A stretch of 64,000 nt of DNA from positions 148,737-212,736 of the forward strand of contig CAWACT010000001.1 of NCBI GenBank assembly GCA_963780745.1, written 5' to 3'. Each line of letters begins with the position of its first letter. Position 1 is the stretch's first letter. The notes below the pieces were generated by a model, which had not been told where the DNA came from, made no database searches, and was given only the letters and a program-made list of their open reading frames with translations. Position numbers and translations under genes: made by a program. The stretch is from an uncultured Actinomycetes bacterium (GTDB lineage Bacteria > Actinomycetota > Acidimicrobiia > Spongiisociales > DATADW01). This document shows positions 18,658 through 29,778 of this stretch, piece by piece.

Positions 18658-19512
18658 TTAGTGACGGTGGAAGAAGTCGGGAAGTCGCGGGTCTCCGGGG
18701 TGCTCCCACCCCGGCTCGACCGAGGTCAGCGCCCGGCGCCTGCTCTCGATCCATGCCTCGAAGGCCCGGCCGCGTAGGTCGCTGAGCAGGTCGGCCTCGA
18801 TCTCGGAGCGCACCGCCTCGAACGGCTCCACGCCGGCGGGGATCACCGCCAGCACCACCGCAACATGCCAGCCGAACTCCGATTGGACAGGGCCGAGGAC
18901 GCTCCCCTCGGGGCAGGCGAAGACCGCATCCTCGAAGGGCCCAACCATCTCCCCGCGCCGCATCTCGCCGAGCCGGCCGCCACGATGCCGGGTCCCGAGA
19001 TCGATGGAGAGGGAGGCGGCCACGCTGGCGATGTCCTCGCCGGCGCCAAGCCGCTCTCGCGCCAAGAGCGCGCTCTCGGGATCGGCTGTCAGAACGTGGC
19101 TGACCACCCGCCACTCCTCGTGTCGGAAGCGATCGAGGTTGCGGTGGTAGTAGCCGGCAATGTCGTCTTCACTCACAACCACATTCGAGGTCACCCGGTC
19201 GAAAAGAGTTCGGGCGGCGGCCTCGAGCCGAGCCGCCTCATCTGGGTGCGAGCCGTTGCTGGTGGGCACGACGTCGTCGGGCAGGTAGGCGTTGTCGGGA
19301 TCGACCCCCGCCTCGATCCACACGAGGGCCTCGGTGACCAGCAGGTGCGCCATCCAGCGCCGCCAGCGGCGGTCCTCGACTCCGGCGGCGGGGAGCCAGT
19401 CGGCCATGGCGCCTCGGGCCACGGCGGCAAGCCGGGCCTCGACCATCTCCGCTTCGATGGCCCGCCCCGCCACCGTGGCGACGATGGGTCCGGGCGACGG
19501 CGAAGATGTCAT
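18658..19512 (-). CDS. peptidyl-prolyl cis-trans isomerase, parvulin (PpiC/PrsA-like) type
   Basis: 284-aa ORF. The C-terminal rotamase module is ..HVLTADPESA...GGRLGEMRRGEMVGPFEDAVFA...GPVQSEFGWHVAVV... ATG 19512 overlaps the GH38 stop (ATGA). Confidence 0.75.
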   Translation of the reverse strand: MTSSPSPGPIVATVAGRAIEAEMVEARLAAVARGAMADWLPAAGVEDRRWRRWMAHLLVTEALVWIEAGVDPDNAYLPDDVVPTSNGSHPDEAARLEAAARTLFDRVTSNVVVSEDDIAGYYHRNLDRFRHEEWRVVSHVLTADPESALLARERLGAGEDIASVAASLSIDLGTRHRGGRLGEMRRGEMVGPFEDAVFACPEGSVLGPVQSEFGWHVAVVLAVIPAGVEPFEAVRSEIEADLLSDLRGRAFEAWIESRRRALTSVEPGWEHPGDPRLPDFFHRH

Positions 19513-22500
19513 CCGCCTCCCCCGATTCGCACCCGAAGCGCCTCGGTGTAGTGGAGCCGGCCGAAGTACATGACCTTCACCAGCGCCCAGTACTCAGCCG
19601 GACGGGCGCCGTGAGGAGGGCTCACCGTCACCGTCAGGGTCGTCTCTTCTCCACCACCAATGGCGAAACCGGTGGTCCATGGGGTGATCATCTCCCAAGT
19701 GTCGTATGGGCTGATCACCTGGAGCTCGCCCCGCACCTCGTCGAGGGTGAGGTTGCGCAGCCCGACCACGATCTCGCCCTGCTGCCCGGGGCTGAGCTCA
19801 AGATCTCGGCTGGTCAGTTCGACCTCGAGATCGCCCCGCAACTCGGGAAGGTCCGGTTGCGACAACCCGACCATGGCCTTGCCGGTCGCCGGATCGATTC
19901 TCAACGCGCTCTCCGTCGCCGGGGATGCGTCCAAACCGTCGCGCCGGTATTCCACCGTGACGACGTCCTCGTGGATCTGCCCGCCCTCGTCCCCGATCCG
20001 GGCCGCCACGAAGTAGCGCCCCGACTCCGAATCGACAGCGGGGCTGACCTCTACCGTGAACTGGAGGTGCGCTCCAGGCGCCAGGCGAAACATCCGCTGT
20101 GCCGGCTCGGCAGACCATCCGGAAGGGAGTCGCAGCTCGACCTCCCCTGCCACTGGGACGTCGGTCCGCTCCGAGGCCACCGCCACGTCGACGCTGAAGG
20201 GCCCGCTGCACCACAGACCCCGCGGCGAGACGCGGACAGTCACCGGCTGGTAGCCGAGCGGCGCCGCCCCCTTGTTGTGCAACCAGTAGGCGGCGAAGAC
20301 CGGCTGAGCGGGCTCGGCCCGCGGCCCGAGCTGAACCCGGTCGGAGGCCGGGCCAGCTTGGGTCTGCCCGGGAATCGCCCCCACCCCGACGATCTCGAAC
20401 CCGCCCAGCGAGAGCGATGTCGCCCCTTCCGAAAGGGACGTGCGGGTCTCCTCGAGCACGTCGGTGCGAAAGCCGTCCGATAGCGGCCAATGGGCGCGGA
20501 CCGATGCCTCGGTGGGCCGGCCGCCCGACTCCTGGAGACGCACCAGCAGGCCCCGTCCCGCGTCGGCCTCGGTGCCGGCCTGGCTGGCCATGGGGTTGCC
20601 CAGCGGCTTGAGCGCGCTCAGTAGCACCGAGGAAGGCTGGATCTCGAGGAAGCTCACCTCCCCAGCCAGGTCGCCCGAATGGATGTCGACCTCCTTGGCG
20701 TGGAAGGGTCGGTTGTATCCCTGGGCCATGCTCGGGATGCCTGCGGATCGCCAATCGCCGGCAAAACCGGTCAAGGCGTACTCGAAGGTGTGGCTCCAGC
20801 GCTGGAACTGGAAGTTGCCGCCATCGGGCAGGGTGCGTCGCGGCGGGTCGATCCAAATACCCGACGGCCATCCACTGCACGACCGCATCAGCGAGAGATG
20901 GAGGGCCCCGTAGGGGTCGACGTTGAACCCGGGGTTCCCCCGGTTCATCACCGCAACTCCGTAGTCCTCGACCCGACCCGAGCCGGCACCGCCGTCACCC
21001 ACCTCGTCGACACTCACCATGCCATCGCCCAGGTCGTCCGACAGTTCTCGAATCGCAGCCACCGTCTCCTCTGGCGTGTCGCCCGAGATGATCAGGACTG
21101 GGAGCGCCCGCGGGTCGCGCAGATCCGGGTTGGCCGTCCACACCTTCTGCAGAGGAGCTTCGGCGGGTACCCAGACCCGCCTCGAGCCCCCGCCCGAGCC
21201 GCGCACCTCAGGCATCAGCCGACTCGAGCACGGCTGCGCTGAACTTGTTGAGCTCGGGCCCGCCAACGCTGATTCGGGCGTCGGGGAGGTTGGAGTCGAG
21301 GTCGATCAACCCATAGCGGCCGTCTTCGTCCGTGGAGACGGTCGACGTCACCCCCTGCTTGATCAGGGCCTCCGCCAGCTCGTCACCGACGTCACCCCAG
21401 TCCTGCCCGGTGGGTATCACCACCTCGGCCACCGATATGGCGCGTGCTTCGTTCTCGCCAAGCTCGACCCTTACGCACCGGCTCAGCCCGAACCAGTCGT
21501 ATGCGGGGTAGTCAAGGGTGAAGGGGACTTCGGCGACATCCACCGAGGGGAACCCGAACGTCCGCCCCACTACCGCCCCCGCCACGCCCGACACCGGCAT
21601 CGCCCCCTCGACGTCCACCGGGAAGCGGACTCGGAACAGCGTGTCCTCGCCGGAGAAACCGTCGAGGTGGGTGCGGAACTCGATGCGGTCGAGACCGTTC
21701 CACAGCACAGTCTCCTGGGTGTAGCGACAGCCGAGCGCCGTGCCCACCACGGTGACCCGTTCCCCGATGGCGCAACGCTCCACAGTGACCTCGGCATCGG
21801 AGGACGCGGTGCCATCGGCGCGACCGTCGGGGACCAGGTGCCACGGTCCCTCGCCGTAGTAGGGATGGGTGGGGTACTCGCCATAGGCCAACAGCTCGTT
21901 TCCCACCTCACCAGCGGAAAGCAGCTCGCGGCCGACACCCTTGTCATAGATGCGAACCAGGGCGCCCCCCCGCTTCGGATCGGCTTCCACCAGGTAGCGG
22001 TCGCTCTCGGCGATGCTGCCCTCCTTGGGGGACCAACCGGACTCGGGCCTGTCGGTGGGCAGCAGCCGGTAGATGCGGTAGCCGAGGGCGGGGACCTCCT
22101 TGGCGAGGAAGCTGACCGTCGCCTGCGCGACCGAGCCGTCGTCGTGGCGTGACAGCGAATCCATGACGAGCTCCACGGCCGCCCCGGCCCCATCGCGCAG
22201 CTCGACCCCCGACGCCACCCCAGGCTCGAAATCGACCCGGAGTCGGCGCCAGGTCGGTGCGACTCGAAGCGGTCGGGTTGAAGACCGCCACCGCCCTGCC
22301 CTCCCCGGTGGAGTCGATCCTGGCCCCGATGTGGGCCAGCGCGGCGTCGAGAACGCCCCGTCCCAGCTCCCACGCCTCACGCCATCCCCCGAGCAGATCG
22401 AGGTAAACCTGATCGGATTCGCTCCCGGTGATCCCGTCGTGGTGTGCGTTGAACAGGAGCTGCCGCCATGCCTTGTCGATCGCCTCGGTGGGATAGCGGG

Positions 22501-23869
22501 CGCCGACGAGGGAGGCAATGGTGGCGAAAGCCTCGGCGTCGAGCAGCACGTTCTCCGCCAGCCGGTTTGCCTGCTTGGTGTCGATGAACGAGACGTCCTT
22601 CCCGGTGTAGAGAGGGTTCATGTCCCGGGTCTGGACACGCAGGTGGATCCCCTCGCGCTCCGCCTCCTCCCGTACTGCGGCAAAGAACCGCCGCGGCGTG
22701 GTGACGACGTAGCGGGGCGACAGGTAGCGGCTGTTCCAGTCGTGGGCGATCTCGGTCACCCATTTGTTGGGCGGGGTGTAGTCGCTGCCGACCGGTAGCA
22801 ACACGTTCTTGGTGGCGGCCACCGCCTTGAGCCGGAGGTAGCAGGCATAGGTCTCCTCCTCCGCTTGCGCCAGGTCGGCAGCGGCGTCCATCCACCAGCC
22901 GGAGGAGTAGTGGTCTGCCATGTAACAGGTGAGCAGCTTGGCCCCGCTCGGCGCCATCCATTCGAACTCGCTGGGGAACTGGACGCGGGGAGGTTCATCT
23001 GACCGGGTCTCCGACCGGAGCAGCTCGGGGGTTGGCGGCATCCGGTAGGGACCCCAGGCATGAAACGGGCCGCGGGCCCATGAGCTCGAGGTGAGCCCGG
23101 CGGAAGCAGCGAGACCAGGGAACTGCGGGTCGTGCCCGAAGGCGTCGAGCTGCCAGGCGGTGGCAGGATCGCCGCCCATCACATCGCGCTGGTAGCCGAC
23201 GCCGTAGACCAGGTTGCGGATCGTGGTCTCGGAGGCGGTGAGGTTGGTGTTGGGCTCGTTGTAGGTGCCGCCGACCAGTTCCAGCCGACCTTCATCGAGC
23301 AGCTGCCTCATGTAGGCGCGGTCCTCGGGATGGGCGTCCCAGTAGGGCTTGAGGTAGTCGAGCTCGGCGAGAACGAACGCATAGTCGGGGTCGCGCCGGG
23401 CGGCATCGAGGTGGGCGGCCACCAGAGGGAACCCGGGCGACTGGAATCCCGCCTCCCATTCCCATTCACCCTTGACCCAGGTCTCGGTGTAGGCGGCCTG
23501 GGTGTTCCACCACACCGGGTCGTAATGGAAATGGGGGATCATGAACACGGTCCAGCCCGGCTCTTCGACCACGAAGGTCGAATTGATGCCGGACGACCTG
23601 ACCCGACGGCTCTCCAACACGGCCTCGGCGGCGAGCTGTCTCGCCCTTGGCGGCATCGGCATCGACCGCAACCGGCACCTCCACCACGACCTCTCCGCCA
23701 TCGCCGCCCGAAACGTCGACCGGCTGCGGCGTCGAGAGCCGATCCCCCTCCACCCGCAGACGGGCAGACTCCGACGCCGACGGTCGAAACCGTGACACGC
23801 ACCACCTGGAGCGGATCGTCCGGCTGAGCCGGTGAACAGGTCGGTGGACTGGGCGGCGGTGATCGTCAT
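19509..23869 (-). pseudogene. large GH38 alpha-mannosidase (~1450 aa), at least four frame changes
   Basis: The pieces are: the N-domain in the frame of ORF 21944..25321 (FMIPHFHYDPVWWNTQ, QLDAFGHDPQFPG, NAHHDGITGS), the middle in ORF 21208..22518, and the C-terminal third in ORF 19509..21266. Junctions are ~22247 (CC where C gives ..TDLARLRVDFEPG..), ~21211 (extra T; ..ESADAEVRGSG..), ~23645 (AAGGG) and at least one more in the first 25 codons. ATG 23869 has GGAGG 5 nt upstream; alternative GTG 23798. Confidence 0.85.
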
Positions 23870-23926
23870 CGAACCTCCTGGGTCATGGGCCCGGCACGCC
23901 GCTGCCTGCCGTACCATGGCCCGGAG

Positions 23927-24537
23927 ATGGACGTTCTCGAAAGCCGCCCCTACCGGGTGATGCTGGCCTTCACCAACCTGATCCTGCTCAACCTGGCCTG
24001 GGCGCTGACCTCGCTGCCCGTGATCACGCTCGTCCCGGCGACGGCGGCCATGTTCGGGGTGGTGCGCGATTGGCGACGCGGCGACGAGCCCAGCATCCTG
24101 CCCGCCTTCGTGCGCCACCTGCGGGCCAATTTCCGCCAGGCGTTCGGGATCGGCCTCCTGTGGCTGGTCACGCTCGCGGTGCTCTTCCTCGACTACCGAC
24201 TGGTACGGAGAGCTCCCCGCCGGGGCGCAGATCCCCGCCCTCGTCGTGCTGGCGCTGGGCACGCCGCCGCCTTCGCCGCCACCTCGGTGTATCTCTTCCC
24301 GGTGATGGTGGGCTACCACGCTCGCTGGTGGGCGGTGATCCGCAACTCGTTCCTCCTTGGCATCAGCCAACTGCACACCACCGTCGCCGCTCTCCTCGTC
24401 GTGGTCGCGGTGGCGTTCCTCGCCACTCGGATCCCGATCACCCTCATGGTGTCGGCGAGCGCCGCCGCCTATCTGATACACGCCATCTGCAGCCGAGGGC
24501 TGGACGCGGGTGGAGAGGATGAAGACCACGGCTACTT
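23927..24537 (+). pseudogene. DUF624 (YesL-like) membrane protein; compensating frameshift pair, 3' end unresolved
   Basis: ATG 23927 in ORF 23885..24715. MDVLESRPYRVMLAFTNLILLNLAWALTSLPVITLVPATAAMFGVVRDW is the DUF624 N-terminus. Codons ~24195-24265 read Arg-rich (RLVRRAPRRGADPRPRRAGAGH), whereas the +1 frame gives a plausible TM helix (DWYGELPAGAQIPALVVLALG). The listed ORF runs 180 nt antisense into the permease gene, so the true stop is probably hidden by another shift. Confidence 0.55.
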
Positions 24538-25416
24538 GATGCTTCCCAGCGTGATTCCCTCGACCAGGGCGCGCTGGAAGAAGAAGAAGATCGCGATCAC
24601 CGGCAGTACCATCATCGTGGAGGCGGCGAGCAGCAGGTTGTACTGGATGTCGTGCGCCGAACGGAAGAAGTTGAGCCCGATGGCAAGGGTGTACTTCTCC
24701 TCCACCTGGAGATAGATGAGCGGTCCCAAGAACTCGTTCCAAGCGTGCAAGGCGGCGAAGACCCCGACCACGGCGATGGCGGGCATGGCCAACGGCATGA
24801 TCACCCGGAAGAAGATGGCGAGCTCCGACGCCCCGTCGACACGGGCGGAATCCGATAGCTCCATCGGTATCTGCAGCAGGAACTGGCGCATCAGGAAGAT
24901 CCAGAAAGCATGCCCGAAGACGAAGGGCACGATCAGCGGCAGGTAGGTGTTGACCCATCCCAGCGAGGCGAATATGTCGAACAGTGCCACGAGCACCACC
25001 GGGAAGGGGATGAAGACCGTCGCCAGGACGACGTAGAAGACCTTGTCCCGCCCCGGCCAGTCGATTCGGGAGAAGCCATAGGCAATGAACGGGTTGGCGA
25101 TCACCGAGGCGAGAACGGTGAAAAACGGTGATGATCACCGTGTTGCGCAGGAAGGTCCAGAACGGGATGAAGTTGACCGCGTCGACGAAGTTCTGCCACA
25201 CGAGTTCGCTGGGCCACAACGTCGGGGGCAACGCGGCGCAGTCTCCTCGCTCGACTTGAGCGCGGTAACCGACCATCCAGTACAGCGGGAAGAGGTAGAG
25301 CAGCGAAAGCGGGATGAGCACGAGTCCGGGAGACCCATTTCGCCCGCGTCTTGCGCCGCGAGGTCGGGGTCACCGGCTCCAAGGACGGATGGTGCCTCGA
25401 CGCTGATGTCACTCAT
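24532..25416 (-). pseudogene. carbohydrate ABC transporter permease (MalG-type), about five frame changes
   Basis: The C-terminal 190 aa are intact (ORF 24532..25104; EAA-loop ELSDSARVDGASELAIFFRVIMPLAMP). The N-terminal 100 codons are split over three frames: MSDISVEAPSVL / EPVTPTSRRKTRAKW / LVLIPLSLLYLFPLYWMV / TALKSSEE / PPTLWPSELVWQNFVDAVNFIPFWTFLRNTVIIT. Confidence 0.8.
25114..25133. repeat. 10-bp insertion formed by a 7-bp direct repeat (aacggtg-aaa-aacggtg) inside the MalG-type permease
   Basis: Deleting 10 nt restores ..LRNTVIITVLASVIANPFIAYGFSRIDW.. in one frame. Confidence 0.7.
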
Positions 25417-25425
25417 CGGCCACCG

Positions 25426-26380
25426 TCACACCGTGTCGTAGTGGACCCAACCGCGGGACCACCGGAAGATTGCCAGCGCGATGAGGAAGGAGAGCACGAA
25501 CAGCACCACCGACATCGCCGCGGCGTATCCCATCTGGCTGTAGCGGAATGCGTTCAGGTAGAGATACACGACGTAGAACAGGGTCGAGTTGGCCGGATTG
25601 CCCACCCCGTTGCCGACGATGTAGGGCGTGACGAATGTCTGCAGTCCCAGGCTGAGCCCAAGGATGATGTCGTAGAGGATCACCGGCGTCATCATGGGCA
25701 GGGTGATGTTCCGGAACCTGCTGCCAGGCACCGGCTCCGTCGATCTCGGCCGCCTCGTAGAGGGTGAGCGGAATTCCCTTGAGCCCGGCGAGGAAGATGA
25801 TGGCGATCGCGCCCGCGCCCAACTGGGCGATCATCACCAATCCCAGCTTGGCGGTGGCGGGGTCACCCAGCCAGTTGATCGCCGGGATCCCGAACAGCCC
25901 GAGGAACTGGTTGAAGATCCCCCGCACCGGGTCGAGCATGGCGATGAAGACGAAGGTGGTAGCGCCACAGACGGCAGATACGACGGCATGACCAGCGACG
26001 ACCGGTACACCCCCACCTCGCGCAGTGGGCGGTTCATGGCCAGAGCCAGCACCATCGCCACCACCACCCCGATGGGAACCGCCAGCACCGTGTAATACAG
26101 GGTGTTGTACAGCGACATCCAGAACAGCGTCGTCGGTGAGCATCCGCTGGTAAGTTGGCCAACCCGATCCACATGCGGCTCGCCGAAGCCCGAGTACCGG
26201 GTGAAGCTGAGCCGCAGCGTGTAGTAGATCGGGTAGGCCGGTAAGGCGATGAACCCGAAGATCCAGGGACTGATGAACAGGAGCCCGAGTGCGCAGGTTC
26301 CGCCGCTCGGTCTTGGTGAGACGCCGCCGCCGCCGCGGCGTCGTGGGCGGGGTGATTGGGGTCTCGGTCGCTACGGCCAT
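25426..26380 (-). pseudogene. carbohydrate ABC transporter permease (MalF-type), at least five frame changes
   Basis: Fragments: MAVATETPITPPTTPRRRRRLTKTERRNL (ATG 26380); LYNTLYYTVLAVPIGVVVAMVLALAMNRPLREVGVY (ORF 25834..26172); FIAMLDPVRGIFNQFLGLFGIPAINWLGDPATAKLGLVMIAQLGAGAIAIIFLAGLKGIPLTLYEAAEIDGAGAWQ (ORF 25409..26380); FRNITLPMMTPVILYDIILGLSLGLQTF.. (ORF 25426..25731). Confidence 0.8.
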
Positions 26381-26471
26381 CTCTCCGTCCCCGGATCCAG
26401 AGGCAGGAGGCCGGGAGCCGTGACCGGCTCCCGGCCCTCGCCGATCAACCTGTTCCTGGTCGCCTCCTCGC

Positions 26472-27919
26472 TCAACCGCAGAACTGGTCTAGCTGCGGCT
26501 GCACCCGATCCTGCACCGTCTGCAGCAACTGATCGGGCGTTCCCTCGTTGAGGTAGGTGGCGTTCCATGCAGTGCTCAGCTCGTCCCAATAGAGGGCCCC
26601 GACCGGGAGCGGCGGCCGGCTCTGCGCATTGGGGAGCAGGTCGGCAAAGAACTGGTGCCGCTCGTCGAGCAGCCCCTCCTCACCCTGGAGCGCCTCCAAG
26701 GTGGGCAGGTGGGCAGTGTCTCGTGGCGTAGAGTCGCTGCCCCTCCTCGCCGGCCATGTATGACATGAACTCGAACCCGGCCTCCGGGTTCTGGGCGCCC
26801 TCGGGGATCACCAGCGACCATCCGCCCGCCCAGGTGGTGGACTCGGCACCCTCCTCGGTCACGGGCAGGTAGGTGATCCCATACTCGAGGTCCGGGGCAT
26901 AATCCGCCTGGTTGGCGATCATCCAATCGCCCGATATCAGGAAGCCGACCTGCTCGGTGACGAAGGGGAACTGCTCCTGGGGGAGGTTGGGATCCTGGGC
27001 GGCAGCGGTGAAGGCCTGCACCGCCTCCGGCCCCAGTTCTCCGGCCCAGTCGTAGACGTACTGGAAGGCCGCCACGTTGTTCGGATCGGTTGGCGTTACC
27101 GCACACCCTTCCTCGTCGTAGAAGTCGGCGCCAAAGGAGAACCCGTAGGTGTAGTGCCAGGACTGTCCGTTGGCCCAGGTCTGCCAGGGAACGATCCCGA
27201 GCCGGCTGTAGCCGTCGCCCTCCTCGACGTTGAGCTGGTTGGCCATCTCCTTGAGCTGGTCCCAGGTGATGGGGCCGTTGGCCGGGTCCAGCGGCGCCGG
27301 GTCGATCCCCGCCTCCTCGAGCATCCCAATGTTGTAGTAGAGCGCCCGGGTGTCGGTGTCGAAGGGGAGAGCGTAGGCGGTGTCGTTGAAGCTGGCCTCA
27401 TTGGCGGCGAACTCGATGTAGCCGGCCAGCGGGTCATCGCTGAACTGGGTCAGGTCCTCGAGGAGGCCGTCCGACGCCCTCTGGGCCACGGTGAAACGGT
27501 CCAGCATGTAGACGTCGGGCCCGGTCCCGCCGCGCACCGCGGTGATCAACTGGGTGGCGTCGGTCTCGGTCCCAGTCACCTGGACCAACTCGACCTGTGC
27601 TCCGCCCTGGGCATTGAAGTTGTCCGTGATGGCTGGAAGGCGCTGATGTCGGTGCCGGCGGTGTGGCTGGTCCAGAACGTCACATCGCCCCCAGCGGACT
27701 CACCAGTGGTGGTAGCGGCCCCTTCGGCCGTGGTCGTCTCCGTTCCTGCAGCCGTGGTAGCGGCTCCTGCCACCTGGCACCGACCGTGGTAGCGGCTCCT
27801 GCAGCCGTGGTGTCGGCCCCTGCAGCCGTGGTGTCCGCCGAGTCTGATGGGCCGCAGGCGACCACCAACAAGGCGAATACGGCCAGGAAAGCCCAGGCGC
27901 TTCGATTCCTTTTCGACAC
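26472..27919 (-). pseudogene. ABC transporter solute-binding lipoprotein (sugar-binding family), three frame changes
   Basis: Signal peptide with lipobox, MSKRNRSAWAFLAVFALLVVAC (ATG 27919). A Thr/Ala/Gly linker follows, then GDVTFWTSHTAG.. (ORF 27576..27773), the main body in ORF 26680..27588, and the C-terminus in ORF 26472..26699. Confidence 0.8.
27745..27839. repeat. 21-bp tandem repeat (4 units, one irregular 32-nt unit) encoding the lipoprotein linker
   Basis: Units: cctgcagccgtggtagcggct / cctgccacctggcaccgaccgtggtagcggct / cctgcagccgtggtgtcggcc / cctgcagccgtggtgtccgcc. The irregular unit (+11 nt) coincides with a frame change. Confidence 0.8.
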
Positions 27920-28215
27920 GTCGCCTCCTTCGCCGCTTTGGGCGCCCGGGGTGAGAGTCTCAGCCCGGTCCGCACACTTTCAATGGCGGCAAGCCCGGAG
28001 GCGAGGGCGATCGGCCAACCGGGGCGCTGTCCTCGCCCCGACCCCGCTATGCCGTCGACCATCGACCATACACGGTCGGTGAAACCAATGGCGCCGGTGA
28101 GTGCCCCCTTCTCGGCAGGGAGTGCTGTTGGCATCAGACGAGATGAGCTCCTTGCTGACTCATATCCCGATGGCCTTGCTTCCTGTGCGCGTCGTGCGGT
28201 AAGCAGGACCTGAAA

Positions 28216-29181
28216 ATGCACATCGGGGTCATCGGCGCCGGCGGGATGGGCGGCCGCCACATCGAGAATCTGCGATCGATCGGCGGCGTCGTGGTCACCG
28301 TCTTCGATCTCGACCGTGACCGCGCCTCGGAGGTGGCCGGCCCAGACTCGCATGTCTCGGATGACCCCTATCACCTGATCGCCGACCCTTCCATCGAGGG
28401 GATCGTCGTCGCCTCCCCCGACGACACCCACGCCGAATTTGCGCTCGCCTGTCTTCGATCGGGCAAGCGGGTACTGGTCGAGAAGCCCCTGGCGGAGACG
28501 ACCGAGGACGCCGAACTTGTCATGGTGGCCGAGGCTGCAACCGGGCACCGGCTCGTCCAGGTCGGCTTCATGCGCGAGTTCGACCCCGAGCACGAGGCGC
28601 TACGGGCAGAGGTGGCAAGCGGCGCCATCGGCCGCCCGATGCTGGTGCGCTGCACCCACGCCAACCCCGGCGCCGGGGTGCCGATTGGGGACGCATTCTC
28701 CGATCCGCCGTCCACGACTTGCACACCTTGCGGTTTCTCACCAACCAGGAGATCCGGGAAGTGATGGTCCACACCCTCGCTGCCGCAGGGAGACGACGCC
28801 TGATTCGGTTGGCCAGCAATCACATGCCGACTGGATTCAGTGCTGGGCAACATCACGCTGAACATGGCGTCCGGCTACGGCTACGACGTCCAGGTGGAGG
28901 TGACCGGCGAGAGCGGAGTGGTCCGGACCGGGGGCCCTCGCCTCTTCAGCGATGGGTCCGAGGTCGCCGCTCCGATCCGCGAACCACTGGCTCGACCGAT
29001 TCCAGACTGCCTACCAACGGGAGATCGAAGCGTGGGTCGCCTCGCTGTCCACACCTGGGGCCGTCGGACCGTCGTCTTGGGACGGCTACGCACGGTGGCG
29101 GCGGCAAACGCCTGTATCGAGTCGGCCGAGGTCGGCCGGCCAGTTTCGGTAGACCTCGTCCCGCGCCCAATCGTGAGCTAG
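28216..29181 (+). pseudogene. Gfo/Idh/MocA-family oxidoreductase, at least five frame changes
   Basis: The N-terminal Rossmann part is intact (MHIGVIGAGGMGGRHIENL.., ..VLVEKPLAET.., ORF 28216..28764). The C-terminal half is scattered: LHTLRFLTNQEIREVMVH (ORF 28719..), VLGNITLNMASGYGYDVQVEVTGESGVVRTG (ORF 28840..), HWLDRFQTAYQREIEAWVASL (ORF 28952..) and ..AAANACIESAEVGRPVSVDL. Confidence 0.8.
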
Positions 29182-29275
29182 TTGGTGCGCGGCTCTCGTC
29201 CCTTCGCAGCGGAGGGCGTCTACGAAGATCGTGCTCGCCTCGCCGCCGCCGCAAGCGCCTGCAAACCTACAGGCG

Positions 29276-29743
29276 ATGTCGCCAGAGCCAGCGCCCAAGC
29301 CTCGACTGCCACCACGCTGGTTTGTACGCACCGCATGGAAGGTCCACCGCGCCCTCTACACAGCCACCGGAGGTCGGTTCGGGCTTCGGAAAGCAACAGC
29401 TAGCCGTTGGGGGATGCTTCGTCTGACGACGACAGGGCGACGCACCGGGCAGGAGCGCTCGGCGATCCTCGGCTACGTCGAGGAGGGTCCGAACCTGATT
29501 CTCCTGGCCATGAATGGCTGGGCCGATCCCGATCCCGCGTGGTTGCTCAACCTGAAGGCACATCCCGCCGCCAAGGTCGACCTTGTCGAAGGGCCGCGTG
29601 CGGTCATCGCACACCTGGCCGCAGGCGACGAACGGTCACGGCTTTGGGAGAGATGGGCTGCACACGGAGAAAACCTCGCTAGCTACGCCGGTCTGAGGTC
29701 GCGGGATACCCAGGTCGTCATCTTGGAGCCACCTCCTCCCTGA
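29276..29743 (+). CDS. nitroreductase-family deazaflavin (F420H2)-dependent oxidoreductase (DDN/DUF385-like)
   Basis: ATG 29276 in ORF 29231..29743. ..WKVHRALYTATGGRFGL...MLRLTTTGRRTGQERSAILGY...NGWADPDPAWLLNLKAHP... is the typical DDN-family core. Confidence 0.8.
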   Translation: MSPEPAPKPRLPPRWFVRTAWKVHRALYTATGGRFGLRKATASRWGMLRLTTTGRRTGQERSAILGYVEEGPNLILLAMNGWADPDPAWLLNLKAHPAAKVDLVEGPRAVIAHLAAGDERSRLWERWAAHGENLASYAGLRSRDTQVVILEPPPP

Positions 29744-29778
29744 GCACTGTCGGCCAACGACACTCGATCGCAGCGCCG

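Noticed and set aside
21944-25321. The 1125-aa ORF, taken as one giant protein.
   Set aside because: It is a chimera of read-through. Only the stretch ~22250-23640 is genuine GH38 sequence. The rest runs antisense through the DUF624 gene and then through out-of-frame parts of the MalG-type permease.
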